From contig JBCCIF010000001.1 of NCBI GenBank assembly GCA_039028335.1, positions 33,090-97,089 of the forward strand: a DNA stretch of 64,000 nt, given 5' to 3'. Within the stretch, counting starts at the first letter, position 1; each line of letters starts with the position of its first letter. The DNA is from Bacteroidota bacterium (GTDB taxonomy: Bacteria; Bacteroidota; Bacteroidia; Flavobacteriales_D; JABDKJ01). Positions 17,799-27,447 of this stretch are shown one piece after another. A program made the translations under genes and the position numbers. Below the pieces are notes generated by a model. That model saw only the letters and a list, made by a program, of their open reading frames with translations, was not told the DNA's origin and did not search any database.

Positions 17799-20198
17799 AT
17801 GATTCGCTTCAGCTTTTTCTTATGCTTCATCATATCGTGTTCTGTATTGCAGTCGCAGAGCAAGGTATTTGGTCGTGTAACAGATCAAAAAAGTGGAGAG
17901 TCTTTGGTTGGCGTGAATGTCTTTAATCAGAATAAAATTGGCGCCAGTACTGATGTCAATGGACTTTATGAATTGGTCTTAGCACCGGGCAATCATACCA
18001 TCAACTTTTCATTTGTTGGCTACAAGGTACTTAAGAGGAGCATTGTTCTAACCGAGGGTCAGTCTTTTGAATTGAATGCGCAATTAATTGCAGAAAGCGA
18101 ATTATTGGATGCGGTCGTCATTTCTGCAGGGAAGTTCGAACAATCATTGAGCGATATAACCGTCTCTATGGAAGTGATTCAACCAAAAATCATTCAGGAT
18201 AGAAACACAACGACTCTTGAAGATGTCTTACAAATTACCCCTGGAGTAACCATTGTAGACAATGAGCCACAAATCAGAAGTGGAAGTGGCTTTAGTTTTG
18301 GCGCAGGAAGCCGAGTTCAAATTTTGATTGATGATATGCCAATTTTGTCAGGAGATGCGGGCAGACCAGCTTGGTCGTATTTGCCGATAGAGAATGTTGA
18401 GCAAATGGAGATTATCAAAGGAGCCTCATCTGTGCTTTACGGATCTTCTGCCTTAAGTGGAGTAATAAACCTGAGAACCGCTTATCCGAGGGCAGAGCCG
18501 AAAACTGAAATTACCCTTTTCACAGGGCGCTATAGCGATCCATCAATTGCAGAGTCTGTCTGGTGGAATGAGAGCAATTCGATCAATGGTGGCCTTTCTT
18601 TTCTTCATGCTCAAAAATTGAAAAGTTTGGATGTGACATTCAGCGGAAATTATTTAGGAGATCAAGGATATATCGGGCCAGAAATTATCGACCCAGCGGA
18701 TACGCTTTTCTTTCCTGAACAAGTAGGGCGAAGTGGATTCGAACACCGTGGTAGAGTAAGCCTAAATTTGAGGAAGAATTTTAAATCAAACCCAAGAATC
18801 AAAATTGGATTGAACCTCAATTATTATCAAAGTAATAGCTCAACCACACTCCTATGGTTGAACAGTGATACCGGACTTTATCGACCTTATCCCGGTTCAT
18901 TGACCTTCACTAAGCAAGATGCTTATCATATTGATCCTTACATTGAGTACTATGGAGACAAAGGAGCTCAGCACAAACTGAAAAGTAGAATTTACAGTTT
19001 AGACAATGAGAACACCAATGATCAAAGCAATTTCTCTGATGTCTGGTATTCAGAATACCAATTTTCACAGGATTTTGAAAAATTGGGAATAGCTGATTTT
19101 AACCTTACCTCAGGAGTGGTTTATGAGGACATTAGCGCTGAATCGGAATTATTCGCTGGAAACGAGGGTCAAGCAGGATCCAATAGTGCCAGTAAGAATG
19201 CTGTCTATTTACAGTTGGACAAGAAATTCAATAAAAAACTGAATATTTCATTGGGCTTCAGGCATGAGCGTTTCGAGATCAATGAAGAGAGCGAATCGGC
19301 CAGTATATTCCGAAGTGGCTTGAATTATCATCTTGGGGAAGCCACATTCCTTCGTGCCTCATTCGGTCAGGGCTTTAGATTTCCTTCAATAGCAGAGAAG
19401 TTCATTCAAACCAGAGTGAGCTCCTTGATAATCTATCCCAATTTATCTTTGCAGTCTGAGCGAAGTTGGAATTTAGAAATCGGAGTAAAGCAGGGATTCA
19501 AGCTGAAGGATTTCAAAGGTTTTATAGACATAGCCCTCTTTCAACAGGAATTTGATCGTTTTATAGAATTTACTTTTGGCCCCTGGGGAACTATTCAGGA
19601 CCCCGTTTTAGGATTGGGATTCAGGTCATTGAATACGGGTCAGGCCAGAGTACAAGGGCTAGAAATTACCTTGGCCTCAAGTGATGAAATCGGCAAGTTG
19701 GAATTGAATACGTTGTTGGGGTATACCTATACAAAACCCGTGACGTTGACACCGGAACAGGTTTATATTGACAATCCAAACTCTCCTGTCGATCCGACAT
19801 TTATAAATACCAGTTCAAACCCAGATGGCAACATTTTAAAATACAGAATGCAACATCAAATTCGAGGAGATATCTCTGCAGATTGGAAAAAGTTTCATTT
19901 TGGAATAAGTGGAAGGTACAACAGCTTTATGCAGAATATTGATAAGATATTTGAAGATTTGGATTCCGACCCTAATCTCCCACAGCAACTGAAAATTGAA
20001 ACAGGATTGACTCAATGGCGAAGAGAGAACAATAAAGGGGACGCCATATTTGATGTGCGGGCTGGCTATCATATCAATGACCACAGCAAAATATCTTTGA
20101 TTGTAAACAATGCTTTGAACAGGGCTTATGCCATTCGGCCACTTGCAATTGAAGCACCTCGTTTGGTTCAAATTCAATTTAAGACCAGCATTCAATGA
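17799..20198 (+). CDS. TonB-dependent outer-membrane receptor (CarboxypepD_reg-like N-domain + plug + barrel)
   Basis: Signal peptide MIRFSFFLCFIISCSVLQSQ. Then VFGRVTDQKSGESLVGVNV (carboxypeptidase-regulatory-like domain), plug motifs (IEIIKGASSVLYGSSALSGVINL) and a long beta-barrel region. The stop overlaps the kdsB start (ATGA). Confidence 0.9.
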   Translation: MIRFSFFLCFIISCSVLQSQSKVFGRVTDQKSGESLVGVNVFNQNKIGASTDVNGLYELVLAPGNHTINFSFVGYKVLKRSIVLTEGQSFELNAQLIAESELLDAVVISAGKFEQSLSDITVSMEVIQPKIIQDRNTTTLEDVLQITPGVTIVDNEPQIRSGSGFSFGAGSRVQILIDDMPILSGDAGRPAWSYLPIENVEQMEIIKGASSVLYGSSALSGVINLRTAYPRAEPKTEITLFTGRYSDPSIAESVWWNESNSINGGLSFLHAQKLKSLDVTFSGNYLGDQGYIGPEIIDPADTLFFPEQVGRSGFEHRGRVSLNLRKNFKSNPRIKIGLNLNYYQSNSSTTLLWLNSDTGLYRPYPGSLTFTKQDAYHIDPYIEYYGDKGAQHKLKSRIYSLDNENTNDQSNFSDVWYSEYQFSQDFEKLGIADFNLTSGVVYEDISAESELFAGNEGQAGSNSASKNAVYLQLDKKFNKKLNISLGFRHERFEINEESESASIFRSGLNYHLGEATFLRASFGQGFRFPSIAEKFIQTRVSSLIIYPNLSLQSERSWNLEIGVKQGFKLKDFKGFIDIALFQQEFDRFIEFTFGPWGTIQDPVLGLGFRSLNTGQARVQGLEITLASSDEIGKLELNTLLGYTYTKPVTLTPEQVYIDNPNSPVDPTFINTSSNPDGNILKYRMQHQIRGDISADWKKFHFGISGRYNSFMQNIDKIFEDLDSDPNLPQQLKIETGLTQWRRENNKGDAIFDVRAGYHINDHSKISLIVNNALNRAYAIRPLAIEAPRLVQIQFKTSIQ

Positions 20199-20932
20199 AA
20201 GTAATAGGCATCATTCCATCGCGATTCGGTTCGACTCGTTTTCCAGGAAAACCCTTGATTGATATTCATGGAAAAAGTATGATTCAGAGAGTTTATGAGC
20301 AGTGTTTGAAGTCGGAATTGGATGAGGTCTGGGTCGCTACAGATGATAATAGAATTAAAGAAGAAGTAATCTCATTCAATGGTCAGGTTGTAATGACCTC
20401 TCCAGACATTTCAAATGGAAGTGAACGCTGCAGAGTTGCTTTTAGAATGATACAATCCGATGCAGATGCTTTTATCAATATTCAAGGCGATGAGCCTTGT
20501 ATTTCACCCCAGAGCATAAATGCATTAATTCAGACGCTAAAGCAGGAAGAGGTTCGTATTGCAACGCTGATACGAAAGGAAGAGGATGAGGATGAAATTG
20601 TGGACCCCAATCGAGTGAAAGTAGTGATTGACAAAAATGGGAAAGCCTTGTTTTTTAGCCGTTCAGTGATTCCGTTTCCACGAAAAAAGCCCAGTGACCT
20701 CATACGTTATATTCATGTAGGAATCTATGGATTTAAATCAGACTGCATAGACGAACTCGATGGAATGATGCAAAGTGCTGAAGAAAAAGCTGAACAGCTC
20801 GAGCAACTTACATGGCTGGTCAATGGAATAGATATTTATACGGCATTAAGTGAAGATAATGGACCGGCAATAGATAGTCCTGCAGATTACGAATATGCAT
20901 TAGCGAATTGGAAGCAGTTTGCAATCGATTAA
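20195..20932 (+). CDS. kdsB: 3-deoxy-manno-octulosonate cytidylyltransferase (CMP-Kdo synthetase)
   Basis: 245-aa ORF. N-terminus MKVIGIIPSRFGSTRFPGKPL and IQGDEP are typical of KdsB. Confidence 0.92.
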   Translation: MKVIGIIPSRFGSTRFPGKPLIDIHGKSMIQRVYEQCLKSELDEVWVATDDNRIKEEVISFNGQVVMTSPDISNGSERCRVAFRMIQSDADAFINIQGDEPCISPQSINALIQTLKQEEVRIATLIRKEEDEDEIVDPNRVKVVIDKNGKALFFSRSVIPFPRKKPSDLIRYIHVGIYGFKSDCIDELDGMMQSAEEKAEQLEQLTWLVNGIDIYTALSEDNGPAIDSPADYEYALANWKQFAID

Positions 20933-20959
20933 AAATCATAAATTCGAGGGTTCAATTTC

Positions 20960-22021
20960 ATGGATCAGTTTTCTACTAAAATAGCTGAATTACTCTACGA
21001 ATACGATTGTGTTATCATTCCTGATTTAGGGGGGTTTGTAACCAATTATAAATCGGCATATGTCCATGAAGACACGCGTATTTTTTACCCTCCGACTAAA
21101 GCTGTAGGCTTTAACAGTAGTTTGGTGAATAATGATGGTCTATTGGCTAACCACATTGCGCAAGCTGAGAAGATTAGTTTTGAAGAAGCCAATGAGCAAA
21201 TAAAGAAAAAGGTCGAAGATTGTTTCTCTAGACTTAATGCTGGGAACAGAGTGGTTTTTGAGAAAGTTGGGATGCTCTTTTTTGATGAAGAAGAAAGCAT
21301 TCAATTTGAACCAGATGAAAGCGTCAACTTCCTCACTGAGTCTTTCGGTATGTTCGAGTTTTTTATCCCTGAAAGCAATGCGGAGACCGAAAAAATAGAA
21401 GAAATTGAGGCTAAAGAGCAAGAGCTTGTTCAAACCGAGACACCTATTTTTCACCTATCAGAAAGACCAAAAGAGGAAATAATTACAGAAGACACAATAG
21501 TAGTTAATGAAAGCAGTAGCTATGCTTATCGATATTGGGTTGCAGCCGTTATATTACCGCTTTTCATGTATTTAGGGGTCGTGTCATGGCAAAGTGAAGT
21601 TTTTAACGGAGGTCACATTCACAGTAGCGATCTCAATCCCTTTAAATCATTCGAGAAAAACCATTACGAGAGCAGATCTTCTTCCCTGATTCTAGAAGAA
21701 GGAGACAGTTTGGATCTGATTGTTGAATTTACGAGAATGCCTGAAGAACCCCTTCCAGATCCAATGGCTTCTTTATATGCGAACTCAGAAATTGCGAATT
21801 ATCCATATCACGTAATCAGCGGGTGTTTCAGCCTTAAGAGCAATGCGGAGAAGCATACAAAAGCTCTAAGAAACCAAGGGAATCGCGCTTTTATCATAGA
21901 TAAAAAGGGCCGATTGTGGCGAGTGAGTCAAGGGAGTTATCTAGAAGAGAGCGAAGCACAATCTTTAATCAGACAAAACCGAATCGCGGGAAATACTGAA
22001 GTCTGGATGCTTAAAAAGTAG
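20960..22021 (+). CDS. HU-CCDC81-like N-terminal domains + TM + C-terminal SPOR domain protein
   Basis: N-terminus LLYEYDCVIIPDLGGFVTNY...VVFEKVGMLFFDEEESIQFEP, a central TM segment (YWVAAVILPLFMYLGVV) and a C-terminal SPOR-like sequence YHVISGCFSLKSNAEKHTKALRNQG...WRVSQGSY. Confidence 0.75.
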   Translation: MDQFSTKIAELLYEYDCVIIPDLGGFVTNYKSAYVHEDTRIFYPPTKAVGFNSSLVNNDGLLANHIAQAEKISFEEANEQIKKKVEDCFSRLNAGNRVVFEKVGMLFFDEEESIQFEPDESVNFLTESFGMFEFFIPESNAETEKIEEIEAKEQELVQTETPIFHLSERPKEEIITEDTIVVNESSSYAYRYWVAAVILPLFMYLGVVSWQSEVFNGGHIHSSDLNPFKSFEKNHYESRSSSLILEEGDSLDLIVEFTRMPEEPLPDPMASLYANSEIANYPYHVISGCFSLKSNAEKHTKALRNQGNRAFIIDKKGRLWRVSQGSYLEESEAQSLIRQNRIAGNTEVWMLKK

Positions 22022-22035
22022 AAGAAGGAATAGTA

Positions 22036-22043
22036 TATCTTTG
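22036..22043 (+). promoter_or_regulatory. -7 promoter element TATCTTTG upstream of the thioesterase gene
   Basis: Matches TAnnTTTG, 13 nt upstream of the ATG at 22057. Confidence 0.45.
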
Positions 22044-22056
22044 TCAAAAATTTCAC

Positions 22057-22581
22057 ATGGAAGAAAAGGTAAGTGCGAAGGAAACCCAAGCGATTGCAGC
22101 AAGAATGGTTATGCCCAATGAAACAAATACTTTGGGGAACCTCATGGGAGGTCAGTTATTGCTTTGGATGGATATCAATGCAGCAATTTCGGCTCATCGA
22201 CTTTGTAAGCGGATTGTCGTAACGGCCTCAGTCAACAATGTTTCATTTAATAAAGCCATTAAGCTGGGAGATATTGTTACCATCGAATCATGGGTAACCC
22301 GTTCCTTTTCATCTTCAATGGAGGTTTTTTCCAAGGTTTGGGTAGAACACCATCAAACAGGTAAGAAAATCCCATGCAATGAATCCTACTATACCTTTGT
22401 TGCTGTTGATCAATTAGGAAGTCCGATTCGCGTGCCTGAATTGGTGCCAGAGACCGAGACAGAAAAAGAAAGACATGCAGGGGCCCTCAGAAGAAAGCAA
22501 CTGAGTCTTATATTGGCGGGTAGAATGAATCCAGAAGATGCCACAGAGCTCAAAAACTTATTCATTCCTCAAAAAAAGTGA
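22057..22581 (+). CDS. acyl-CoA thioesterase (hotdog fold, YciA-like)
   Basis: 174-aa ORF. MPNETNTLGNLMGGQLLLWMD and VTASVNNVSF are typical of the hotdog thioesterase family. Confidence 0.85.
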   Translation: MEEKVSAKETQAIAARMVMPNETNTLGNLMGGQLLLWMDINAAISAHRLCKRIVVTASVNNVSFNKAIKLGDIVTIESWVTRSFSSSMEVFSKVWVEHHQTGKKIPCNESYYTFVAVDQLGSPIRVPELVPETETEKERHAGALRRKQLSLILAGRMNPEDATELKNLFIPQKK

Positions 22582-22660
22582 AACATCTTCAAAATTTCAT
22601 AGTATAACGAAGCATACACCTTGATAGTTTAGTCCAATCTAACAGTTTAAATTAGAAATT

Positions 22661-23104
22661 ATGAGAGCTGTTAGAAATGTAGTATTGGGTATTTTCCTAT
22701 GTTCCTTATTTGGATTTACCCTTGAGAATGAAGATGAATATAAAAAGCAGGTAAAGCTAAAGGTTATAGCGCATACTTACGAAAACCTGCATAGTGATAT
22801 TACCCTAGATGTTTTTAAATCCGGAGAACTCGTTCAAGAAGATATCTCCAATGCGAAGAATAAATTCAATTTGGTACTTGATCTGAATGAGGAATACGAT
22901 GTAAAGGTTAATCAACCTGGATGTCAGAGCAAGTCTTTAAAAATAGATACACGCGTAGACGGTTTTACTAAAGGCAATTTGTCTTATGTAATTGAAATTT
23001 ATATGAAAAAAGAGATTGTCGGTTCTTTGGAAGAAGACAAAATCCGATTTCATCTGTTTCATGGAATCAATGACAAAACCCTTTTGATGCTGGCAGATAA
23101 TTGA
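22661..23104 (+). CDS. small secreted hypothetical protein (paralog A)
   Basis: 147-aa ORF with a signal peptide. Shares the core F-N-L-x-L-x5-Y-x-V-x-V-x-Q-x-G-x-Q with the next gene. Confidence 0.6.
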   Translation: MRAVRNVVLGIFLCSLFGFTLENEDEYKKQVKLKVIAHTYENLHSDITLDVFKSGELVQEDISNAKNKFNLVLDLNEEYDVKVNQPGCQSKSLKIDTRVDGFTKGNLSYVIEIYMKKEIVGSLEEDKIRFHLFHGINDKTLLMLADN

Positions 23105-23117
23105 TTAGGTAACGAAA

Positions 23118-23157
23118 TGAGGCTTTTCACCGTATAAATTTTAAACGAAAAGCCTCA
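23118..23157 (+). other. 11-bp perfect inverted repeat / hairpin (TGAGGCTTTTC - 18 nt - GAAAAGCCTCA) between the two paralogs
   Basis: Read directly. No T-run follows it. The loop contains TATAAATTTT. Confidence 0.7.
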
Positions 23158-23174
23158 AACGTGAATACCATTTC

Positions 23175-23603
23175 ATGAAGCGCATCATTCCCATATTAGG
23201 TTTGACATTCTGTCTTGCATTTGGGCTCGATTCTCGCGAATCCAAAGCGGATGTTGTGAAAATCAAAATTACAGCTAAGAGTGCGAACGAATTGGATCCG
23301 ATTTACATTCAGACGATGGAATTTGGAGAGAATCGAAAGTTCATCCGCGGAGATGAAGGTGTTTTTAATCTTCATTTAGAACGAGACAAGGTATACTCCG
23401 TTTATGTAGGACAAAAAGGAATGCAAACGGTGCTGTTCAATGTAAACACCTACATTGAAGAAATGCTCACTGGGAATTTCAATTTCTCCATAAATGTTTC
23501 TTTGGATTATAAAATGACACAACGGTCAAAGAAGATCCACGATGTCGAAATCATTTCGAACGAACAGAATAAGCCAGCCTTATTGTTTCAACGAAAGAAC
23601 TAA
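23175..23603 (+). CDS. small secreted hypothetical protein (paralog B)
   Basis: 142-aa ORF with a signal peptide. By-eye alignment to paralog A: GVFNLHLERDKVYSVYVGQKGMQTVLFNVNT vs NKFNLVLDLNEEYDVKVNQPGCQSKSLKIDT. Confidence 0.6.
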   Translation: MKRIIPILGLTFCLAFGLDSRESKADVVKIKITAKSANELDPIYIQTMEFGENRKFIRGDEGVFNLHLERDKVYSVYVGQKGMQTVLFNVNTYIEEMLTGNFNFSINVSLDYKMTQRSKKIHDVEIISNEQNKPALLFQRKN

Positions 23604-24559
23604 ATCAAGTCGTCTAACGCATTTAAAAATTCCCGATTGTCAATTTGATTTGGACAAGGGTTCTTTTGATCATACTTACAACGATTTCCCAATTTAGAAC
23701 AAGGTTTGCTTCGCCCACCCTCTGGCATAACAATTCTGTATTTAGACGAATCCATGTAGGGATACATTCCAAGGCCTGGATGAGTGCAACCCCAATAAGA
23801 TAAGGTCTTTTTTTGCAGAGCAGCCGCAATATGCATCATACCCGTGTCTGGCGTAATCAATAAATCAGATTGCTCAATTACAGAGGCGGATTCATGAATG
23901 TTTAATTGACCTGCAAGGCTTTCGACATGATGGAATTTCGACTCTATTTCCTTTCCCAAAATTTCATCTTCAGGACCACCGATTAGTTTAATAGGCATGT
24001 CAATCAAAGCTAGTATAGCGGACAGTTTTTCTTTCCCCATGACTTTACCTGGGTGAGCTGCTCCAATTGCCCAAGAAATGAACTTTCCTTCGCATTTCAC
24101 TCTTTGATTCTCCGGAATAAAATAATCCAATCCTTCACCATCGTTTTTAATGTCAAAGGAAGAAATGCATTGCATATAGCGATCGACTATATGTTCATCT
24201 GGCAGGTGATTTTTGCCAAAATTTACCCAATGCCATTTCTCCCAATTCCTTTTATTGATGGTAAAATCTAAGACTTTAGTTTTCCGTTTGATCATTCGTG
24301 AGCGAACGTTGTTGTGAAGGTCTATAATGAAATCATAGTCTTCATTTTTTATATCTTCTCTGACTTCATGCGTGCTGTGCTCAATGGAATAGGTCTTATC
24401 TATGTATGGATTGTCTTCGAGCAGAAATGCAAAATTCTTTTTAGTTAAAAAATGAACCTCTGCTCCTCCCAATACTTGTTTTTTTAAATGTCTAAAAACA
24501 GGTGTGCACAAGACGATGTCTCCAATTGAACTAAAGCGTATGACGAGAAATTTTGCCAT
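23600..24559 (-). CDS. glycosyltransferase family 9 (LPS heptosyltransferase-like)
   Basis: 319-aa ORF. N-terminus MAKFLVIRFSSIGDIVLCTPVFRHLK and C-terminal TPDTGMMHIAAAL are typical of GT9. Confidence 0.85.
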   Translation of the reverse strand: MAKFLVIRFSSIGDIVLCTPVFRHLKKQVLGGAEVHFLTKKNFAFLLEDNPYIDKTYSIEHSTHEVREDIKNEDYDFIIDLHNNVRSRMIKRKTKVLDFTINKRNWEKWHWVNFGKNHLPDEHIVDRYMQCISSFDIKNDGEGLDYFIPENQRVKCEGKFISWAIGAAHPGKVMGKEKLSAILALIDMPIKLIGGPEDEILGKEIESKFHHVESLAGQLNIHESASVIEQSDLLITPDTGMMHIAAALQKKTLSYWGCTHPGLGMYPYMDSSKYRIVMPEGGRSKPCSKLGNRCKYDQKNPCPNQIDNREFLNALDDLI

Positions 24560-24604
24560 TTATTGAATGCGAACAAAGGTAAATTAATTCCCTATTTTCG
24601 AGCC

Positions 24605-25378
24605 ATGCAATTTGTTGACACGCATACGCATATGTATTTGACTCAATTTGATGAGGATAGGGATGAAGCAATAGAAAGAGCTTTGAATCAAGGAATATCT
24701 AAAATCTTATTGCCAAATATTGACAAAACATCAATAGAGCCCATGCTCAAACTCGTAGACAGGTATCCCAATAATTGCTTCCCTATGATGGGATTGCATC
24801 CCTGTTCTGTAAAAGAGGATTTTAAAGATGAGTTAGCGGTCGTGCGTTCCTATTTGGACAAAGGTGGATTTAAAGCGATCGGAGAAATTGGGATAGACTT
24901 GCATTGGGACACTTCAACATTGGGCATGCAGCAAGAAGCTTTCCGGCAGCAAATCATTTGGGCAAAGGAACGAGAGTTACCAATCGTAATTCACGCTAGA
25001 AAATCCTTTGATGAGATTTTTGAAATCGTAGATGAATTGAATGATGAACGTCTAACAGGAATTTTTCATTGCTTCACGGGGAGTTTCCAACAAGCAGAGA
25101 AAATCATTGCCTATGGGGGCTTCAAACTGGGTATAGGAGGAGTTTTGACATATAAGAATGCAGGTGTGGCCGAGACCATAGGCCGAGTAGATATCGAGCA
25201 TTTGGTCCTGGAAACAGATGCACCCTACTTGAGTCCTGTTCCATTTAGAGGAAAGCGGAATGAAACGGCATATACCTATTATGTTGCAGAGAAACTAGCC
25301 GAAATTTACGGACGTTCTATTGAAGAAATTGGTAGAATAACCTCGGCCAATGCCCACGAAGTTTTTGATCTCGCATGA
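24605..25378 (+). CDS. TatD family metal-dependent hydrolase
   Basis: I prefer the ATG at 24605 (MQFVDTHTHMY, the canonical TatD start) over the TTG at 24563. GEIGLD-type motif IGEIGIDLHW. Stop/start ATGA overlap with ansA. Confidence 0.9.
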   Translation: MQFVDTHTHMYLTQFDEDRDEAIERALNQGISKILLPNIDKTSIEPMLKLVDRYPNNCFPMMGLHPCSVKEDFKDELAVVRSYLDKGGFKAIGEIGIDLHWDTSTLGMQQEAFRQQIIWAKERELPIVIHARKSFDEIFEIVDELNDERLTGIFHCFTGSFQQAEKIIAYGGFKLGIGGVLTYKNAGVAETIGRVDIEHLVLETDAPYLSPVPFRGKRNETAYTYYVAEKLAEIYGRSIEEIGRITSANAHEVFDLA

Positions 25379-26391
25379 AAAAAAAGAAGGTATTACTCAT
25401 CTATACAGGAGGCACCATAGGAATGGTGAAGAATCATTTAACTGGCAGATTAGAACCGGTTGACTTCGACAATTTATTGAGTCAAATTCCAGCTCTTAAA
25501 AAATTTAATTGCCGAATAGATGCCTTGTTCTTCAGCGTTCCAATTGATTCCTCTGATGCAGGTCCCGAGACCTGGCTTAAACTGATTAAGCTCATCGAGA
25601 AACACTATGAAAAATACGATGGTTTTGTCATTCTTCATGGAACGGATACAATGGCCTATTCTGCTTCTGCATTGAGCTTTATGATAGAGGATCTTCAGAA
25701 GCCAATTGTTTTTACGGGAAGTCAGTTGCCGCTGGAAATGATTCGGACAGATGGGAAAGAGAATTTGATTACATCCATTGAAATAGCGTCTTCTGATAAA
25801 GCACCAAAAGAAGTGTGTATTTACTTTGAGGATCTGCTTCTTAGAGGAAATAGAACAACGAAATTTTCTTCCGAACACTTTGATGCTTTTAAGTCACCCA
25901 ATTTTCCTCCATTGGCCGAAGCAGGTGTTCACATTGAGTACAATCCAAAATTTTATTTACCTGCAAATAGAAAGAAGACGCAATTTCATAAAACGGTATC
26001 CGATAAAATAGCTGTAATCACTTTTTACCCTGGAATTCGAGAAGATCAAGTCACAGGGGTTTTGGAGAATGAGAACAATAAAGGGATTGTGCTCCAAACT
26101 TTCGGCAGTGGCAACATTCCTAATCAAGATTGGCTGAGAAGAGCCTTGGATAAAGCCATACAAGAGGGCAAACTCATCCTCAATACTACACACTGTATTG
26201 ATGGCGGAGTAGAGCAAGGAAAGTATGAAAACAGTGCAATTTTGAGTGAGGTCGGTGCTATTTCAGGTTTAGATATTTCTTTAGAAGCTGCAGTAACTAA
26301 AATGATGTTCCTTTTGGGAACGTATAGCACCGCCAAAGCGAAGCGATTATTAGCTGAAGTGCTATCGGGAGAGATGGAGACAAATCAATGA
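25375..26391 (+). CDS. ansA: L-asparaginase, type I
   Basis: 338-aa ORF with the active-site N-terminus LLIYTGGTIGM and HGTDTMAYSA. Confidence 0.9.
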   Translation: MKKKKVLLIYTGGTIGMVKNHLTGRLEPVDFDNLLSQIPALKKFNCRIDALFFSVPIDSSDAGPETWLKLIKLIEKHYEKYDGFVILHGTDTMAYSASALSFMIEDLQKPIVFTGSQLPLEMIRTDGKENLITSIEIASSDKAPKEVCIYFEDLLLRGNRTTKFSSEHFDAFKSPNFPPLAEAGVHIEYNPKFYLPANRKKTQFHKTVSDKIAVITFYPGIREDQVTGVLENENNKGIVLQTFGSGNIPNQDWLRRALDKAIQEGKLILNTTHCIDGGVEQGKYENSAILSEVGAISGLDISLEAAVTKMMFLLGTYSTAKAKRLLAEVLSGEMETNQ

Positions 26392-26750
26392 TCGAGTGAT
26401 AATTCGATCATGGGATCCCAAAACACATCCTTGAATTTTTGAACCTTGTCGTTCTTTACTTGAACGCCTTCAGCTTCTAATTTTTCCTGCATTGCAAAAG
26501 GTGATTCAAAATGGTGTTTCCCTGTAAGAAGGCCTGCTGAATTTACAACACGATGTGCGGGGACGGATGGAACTGCTGTATGACTCGCATTCATTGCCCA
26601 ACCCACCATACGAGCTGATTTCGCAAGGCCTAAATATTTAGCAATGGCGCCATATGATGTAATACGTCCTTCTGGAATTAGACGAACCACCTCAAAGACC
26701 ATTTTGAAAAAGTCCTTGTTCTTTTCTGATATTTTCTTAGTTGCGATCAA
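26385..26750 (-). CDS. MGMT-family DNA-binding domain protein lacking the acceptor cysteine (alkyltransferase-like, ATL-type)
   Basis: 121-aa ORF with the helix-turn-helix region YGAIAKYLG. The active-site position reads PAHRVV rather than PCHRV. Confidence 0.8.
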   Translation of the reverse strand: MIATKKISEKNKDFFKMVFEVVRLIPEGRITSYGAIAKYLGLAKSARMVGWAMNASHTAVPSVPAHRVVNSAGLLTGKHHFESPFAMQEKLEAEGVQVKNDKVQKFKDVFWDPMIELSLDH

Positions 26751-27426
26751 TTCGAAATTGAATAAACTTGATTTTCTTCCCCTCTTTCAGCCAACGCTTT
26801 TCATAAAATGTCTTAATCTCCATTAGCGCGTTCAATTCTTCTGGAAATTTCTCCTTTCCGATACCATAAACATCTAAAGATTGATATAGAACCTTAAGAC
26901 CTTGTTCATGAATAACATCAAGCGTAAAATCAGTCAAAAAAGTACTATCTGATTTAAGGTTGATCGTTCCTTTTGGAATCAACAAATTTCGATATCTATC
27001 GAGAAATAGAGGATGAGTTAAGCGGTGCTTTGCATTTCTTTTTTTCTTGTGTGGGTCGGCAAAAGTAATCCAGATCTCGCTGATTTCATCTTTGTCAAAA
27101 AAGCGTTCAATGAACTCTATTCGTGTACGTAAAAAATACAAGTTGGCCATTTCTTCATGAAGAGCTGTTTTTGCACCTCGCCACATTCTTGCGCCTTTTA
27201 TATCAATCCCAATGAAGTTCTTATTTGGAAATTTGCGGGCCATTCCAACTGTGTACTCTCCTTTGCCACAAGCCAATTCCAAAACAATCGGATTGTAATT
27301 GTCGAAATACGTACTCCATTTACCCTTGAATGGACTGTCTTTCGCAAGAACCTCATCAATTGATGGCTCGAGAACATTTTCCATTCTTGCATTCTCTGCA
27401 AACCGTTTAAGTTTGTCCTTTCCCAT
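26737..27426 (-). CDS. trmB: tRNA (guanine-N7)-methyltransferase
   Basis: SAM-MTase motif VLELACGKGEY and the TrmB C-terminal region. I prefer the ATG at 27426 (MGKDKLKRFAEN), which removes the divergent overlap with the next gene. Confidence 0.88.
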   Translation of the reverse strand: MGKDKLKRFAENARMENVLEPSIDEVLAKDSPFKGKWSTYFDNYNPIVLELACGKGEYTVGMARKFPNKNFIGIDIKGARMWRGAKTALHEEMANLYFLRTRIEFIERFFDKDEISEIWITFADPHKKKRNAKHRLTHPLFLDRYRNLLIPKGTINLKSDSTFLTDFTLDVIHEQGLKVLYQSLDVYGIGKEKFPEELNALMEIKTFYEKRWLKEGKKIKFIQFRIDRN

Positions 27427-27447
27427 AGAGGGTTCAAAATTAAAATT

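Noticed and set aside
25474-25878. 134-aa minus-strand ORF
   Set aside because: Antisense to the type I asparaginase gene, and it has no motifs.
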